32,000 nucleotides of DNA from Candidatus Saccharimonadota bacterium (GTDB lineage: Bacteria; Pseudomonadota; Gammaproteobacteria; Enterobacterales; Enterobacteriaceae): positions 240,001 to 272,000 of the forward strand of contig CP188086.1 in the NCBI GenBank assembly GCA_049942765.1, written 5' to 3'. Below are positions 29,104-32,000 of this stretch, in pieces. The stretch's first letter is position 1. The number at the start of each line of letters is the position of its first letter. Below the pieces are notes generated by a model, which was not told the origin of the DNA, made no database searches, and saw only the letters and a program-made list of their open reading frames with translations. The position numbers and the translations under genes were made by a program.

Positions 29104-29550
29104 AATACCTCAATTATTGTTTATATACTTTATATATAAATTAAATCTTTTTATATATAAAAAGTTATTTTTTATAAATACATAAACATATCTATGTTAA
29201 TATTTTATAATATATAAATGAAAAATATACAAATATAAAATAAAGAATTTATATATAAAAAGTAAATATCGTTATTTGTTTTATTCATAAAATATAAACA
29301 TAGTTATTTTTTTTAAATTTATTATTATATGTAATATATTTTAGTTAAAATGACTTATGTGATATTTTAGATTTTTTATGTTATACATAGTGTATTAATT
29401 TTATTAAAATAATATTAGATAATATTTTTATTGAAAATATTTTTTAATTGTATTAAATAATATAATTATTTTAGTAATAGTATATTTAATTTTATTTAAT
29501 AAATTGTGAAATTTTATTTCACCTATTTAAAATAATATTATTTTAAATCA

Positions 29551-30273
29551 ATGTTTAAGAGATATTATATGAATTTATTTAGGTCTTTAATGATTCTTTT
29601 TTTAGTTATTATCACTTTATCAGTTAAAGCTGATGAATCGTTACATGATAGTTTTAGTATTCTTAATAATGACAAAGTAAATATTTATGATGCATTAATT
29701 TCAATATTAAAAAAAAGAGATCCTGATCATGCTAATGACATGCAATTAGTTATCAACGATTTTAATAAAACTCATGTTTATTGTAAACAACCTAACATTA
29801 TTTTATCTCCAGATTCACCAATGTGGGGTTATATTAATGCATATGTGATATGTGATCATAATCGACAATTAATTCAATTTAATTTGCATGTTTATGGAAA
29901 ATATTTAATAGCATCAAAGTATATTGCACCGGGTAAAAAAATATCATTAGATGATATCAGAATTGTAGAGGGGGAGTTAGATACATTATCTTCTAATATA
30001 TGTTTAAATACTAAACAAGTATTAAATCAAGTAGCTATTCGAAATATTCAACCTAATGAACCGATTTTACATTCTATGTTACATAAACCTTGGTTAATAA
30101 GAATGTATCAACGTGTTTCAATATTAGCTACAGGAAATGGTTTTATAGTAAGATCAGAGGGGAAAGCATTAAATAATGCGTTTTCTAATGATACAATTAA
30201 TGTATCTATGGATAATGGAACAATTGTGACCGGGAGAGTAAATCCTAATGGAGAAATTTTAGTTTCATATTAA
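29551..30273 (+). CDS. flgA: Flagellar P-ring assembly chaperone FlgA
   Basis: 240 aa with a signal peptide (..ITLSVKA/DES). The C-terminal SAF-like region (IRNIQPNEPI, VSILATGNGFIVRSEGKALNNAFSNDTINVSMDNGTIVTGRVNPNGEI) is typical of FlgA. It diverges from flgB as in E. coli. The start could be ATG 29569. Confidence 0.85.
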   Translation: MFKRYYMNLFRSLMILFLVIITLSVKADESLHDSFSILNNDKVNIYDALISILKKRDPDHANDMQLVINDFNKTHVYCKQPNIILSPDSPMWGYINAYVICDHNRQLIQFNLHVYGKYLIASKYIAPGKKISLDDIRIVEGELDTLSSNICLNTKQVLNQVAIRNIQPNEPILHSMLHKPWLIRMYQRVSILATGNGFIVRSEGKALNNAFSNDTINVSMDNGTIVTGRVNPNGEILVSY

Positions 30274-31888
30274 ATAATAAATACAAATATTGTTGTTTGT
30301 TATTTATTCAATAAACATATTATTTAATTTAGCAATTATTTTTATATGTTTTTTCATTAGATTCAAACATATATGTATATTATATTTTTGAATGTAATAG
30401 CTATATTAATAGTATGAGTTTATATTACATATATAATATTTTTTTTAGTAATATTTATAGTATATAAGTACTACATTATTAGTACAATAATTTATGTATC
30501 AGTGCATTATTCATTGAAATGTAATATAAATAATTATTTATTTTGTTTATAAATATTTCGTTTAATTTTTTATTTAATTAATAGTAGAACATGTTTATAT
30601 AATTAATAATTAACAGTTATATATATACTTAGAATGAATGGAATAGATATTTTTAAATTTACTTATCCATAAATTAACTATATTTTTTTTTAGATTCAAT
30701 AATATTAATTTTATTAAGCTATATATGAAAATTATTGGATTAAATATATTTTTTATAAATATTTATTTATGAATAATTATACATGTCTATATATGACATT
30801 TATGTATAAAATACATTAATACTTAAAATTTAATAAAAACTACATTTGTATGTTAACTAAAAAATTATATTTTTTAAAATTAGTCTATTATCGATATAAA
30901 CATATATATGTTTAAAATAATTTTTATTAATAATGTTCATTATTTGATTAATTATTTTTTCTCTTGGTATTAATTAGTGGAAATTAATAATTAATTTGAG
31001 AGTGTATTTTAATGTTTTTAATAAAGACAATTTAGAGGATATTGTAATAATTAATGTCTTCATAAGATACACATTTTTTTTGACATCATTAAACTTACAT
31101 GTTTTATATATTAATTTTTCAAGAGAGATTTTATTATTTTTTATATAGAAAAAAATATATCAGATTAGATTCATTTTAGAATATATAGTAATGAATACAT
31201 AATTGATATTTTGATAATGATATTAGTTATAATATTATTTTTTATTATGTAATAATATTACATATTATAATATATAACTATATAATTTATTAATTTAGAT
31301 ATATTAAAATAATGTATTAATATCGATTTTTTTTTAAAGATAGACTTTACTTACAACAAGCATGAAATCTTTAATAAGTTAAAAAATTAAAGCAAAAAAA
31401 ACACTATTTATATAATTTTTATATAAGTAATTATAATGATAATTATTAAATATTAGTTATAACTAATTAAATTACCATATAAATATTTTAAATTATATTT
31501 GTTAAAATAGATTTTTTTAATTTTTATTTTGGATTTTTAAATATTGTAAATGTTATTTCGGTTAATATATATATTATATAATCATTCATTTGTTGTTAAA
31601 TTAATTTTATGTTTTGCCTGGTTTGTGATTAATTAATTGTATTATATATTATATATAATGATTAAATAAATTTAATATAACAGTATGCAAAGTATATAAT
31701 ACAATTTTTAAAAATGATTATAATATTTTTTTTGTTTGTATGTAAAATATGGATAATTTTTATTATTAATCATCCATAATAAATTATTAATGATTAGTTT
31801 TTATAATGTGAAATTTTTTATATAAATATGTATGTTGATTTATTGATTAGTTAAGTATTTTTTAGAGTGTGATTAAGGTAATGGTAAT

Positions 31889-32000
31889 ATGAAATATTTA
31901 GTTTTTTGTATTATGTTTTTATTTTTTTGTGTTTTTGAAACACCAGTATATGGGTATACTGATCATCCATTATTTTATGTAGGATCAAAATTTGGAACGT
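31889..32000 (+). CDS. ompA: 5' end of an OmpA-like outer-membrane protein (partial, runs off the window)
   Basis: ATG 31889 is preceded by an AAGG Shine-Dalgarno ~10 nt upstream. The open translation MKYLVFCIMFLFFCVFETPVYGYTDHPLFYVGSKFGT is a signal peptide plus the first beta-strand motif. Compare E. coli OmpA ..[22 protein letters not shown]. Only 37 codons are visible. Confidence 0.5.
   Translation, partial: MKYLVFCIMFLFFCVFETPVYGYTDHPLFYVGSKFGT

Noticed and set aside
29104-29550. Attempt to call -35/-10 or sigma-28/FlhDC-type promoters in the flgA-flgB divergent region (and other spacers)
   Set aside because: TATAAT-like hexamers occur every few bases at this composition, so no call would be better than chance without transcript 5'-end data.
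31564-31668. Apparent repeat tatatattatataat[c/g]att at about 31568 and about 31646
   Set aside because: It is a TA-microsatellite-like sequence whose only specific part is 7-8 nt long, so it is indistinguishable from background.
1-32000. Scan for tRNA or other structured RNA genes, CRISPR arrays, IS elements, integrases, toxin-antitoxin or defence cassettes
   Set aside because: No spacer contains the G/C-enriched ~75-nt islands expected of tRNAs in such genomes. I saw no direct-repeat arrays and no ORFs outside the housekeeping and flagellar set.

Overview
This window is very AT-rich (roughly four-fifths A+T by eye, not computed). It looks like a reduced, Enterobacterales-derived insect-endosymbiont genome. 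Gene content and order fit a Buchnera-like organism best; Wigglesworthia-like is the alternative. Every confident gene is an orthologue of an E. coli housekeeping gene, identified against E. coli protein sequences recalled from memory. Plus strand: valS (3' end), trhO/yceA, pncB, asnS and an OmpF-family porin; uup sits among these on the minus strand. Further minus-strand genes: hinT, ptsG, ycfH, holB, tmk, acpP, fabG, fabD, rpmF (missed by the ORF track) and rluC. rne diverges from rluC. A flagellar hook-basal-body cluster follows (flgK-J-I-H-G-F-E-D-C-B, with divergent flgA), and the window ends in the 5' end of an OmpA-like gene. I saw no tRNA, rRNA, CRISPR, transposase, phage or defence genes, and no convincing novel multi-gene system. 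The findings worth a second look concern genome erosion and possible rescue. (1) holB is split by a 1-nt frameshift inside an A11 tract, yet both halves together restore an E. coli-length protein. (2) rne carries an in-frame TGA with clear RNase E homology continuing after it, and has lost the whole C-terminal scaffold half. (3) FlgJ is reduced to its rod-binding domain, with no muramidase domain. (4) flgL is absent, FlgK and FlgD are shortened at the C-terminus, and a ~1 kb ORF-free spacer sits where flgL should be. (5) A 1.6 kb ORF-free spacer sits where flgM/flgN are expected. (6) plsX-fabH and fabF-pabC-mltG have been deleted from the fab cluster. (7) A few specific inverted repeats lie in convergent spacers.
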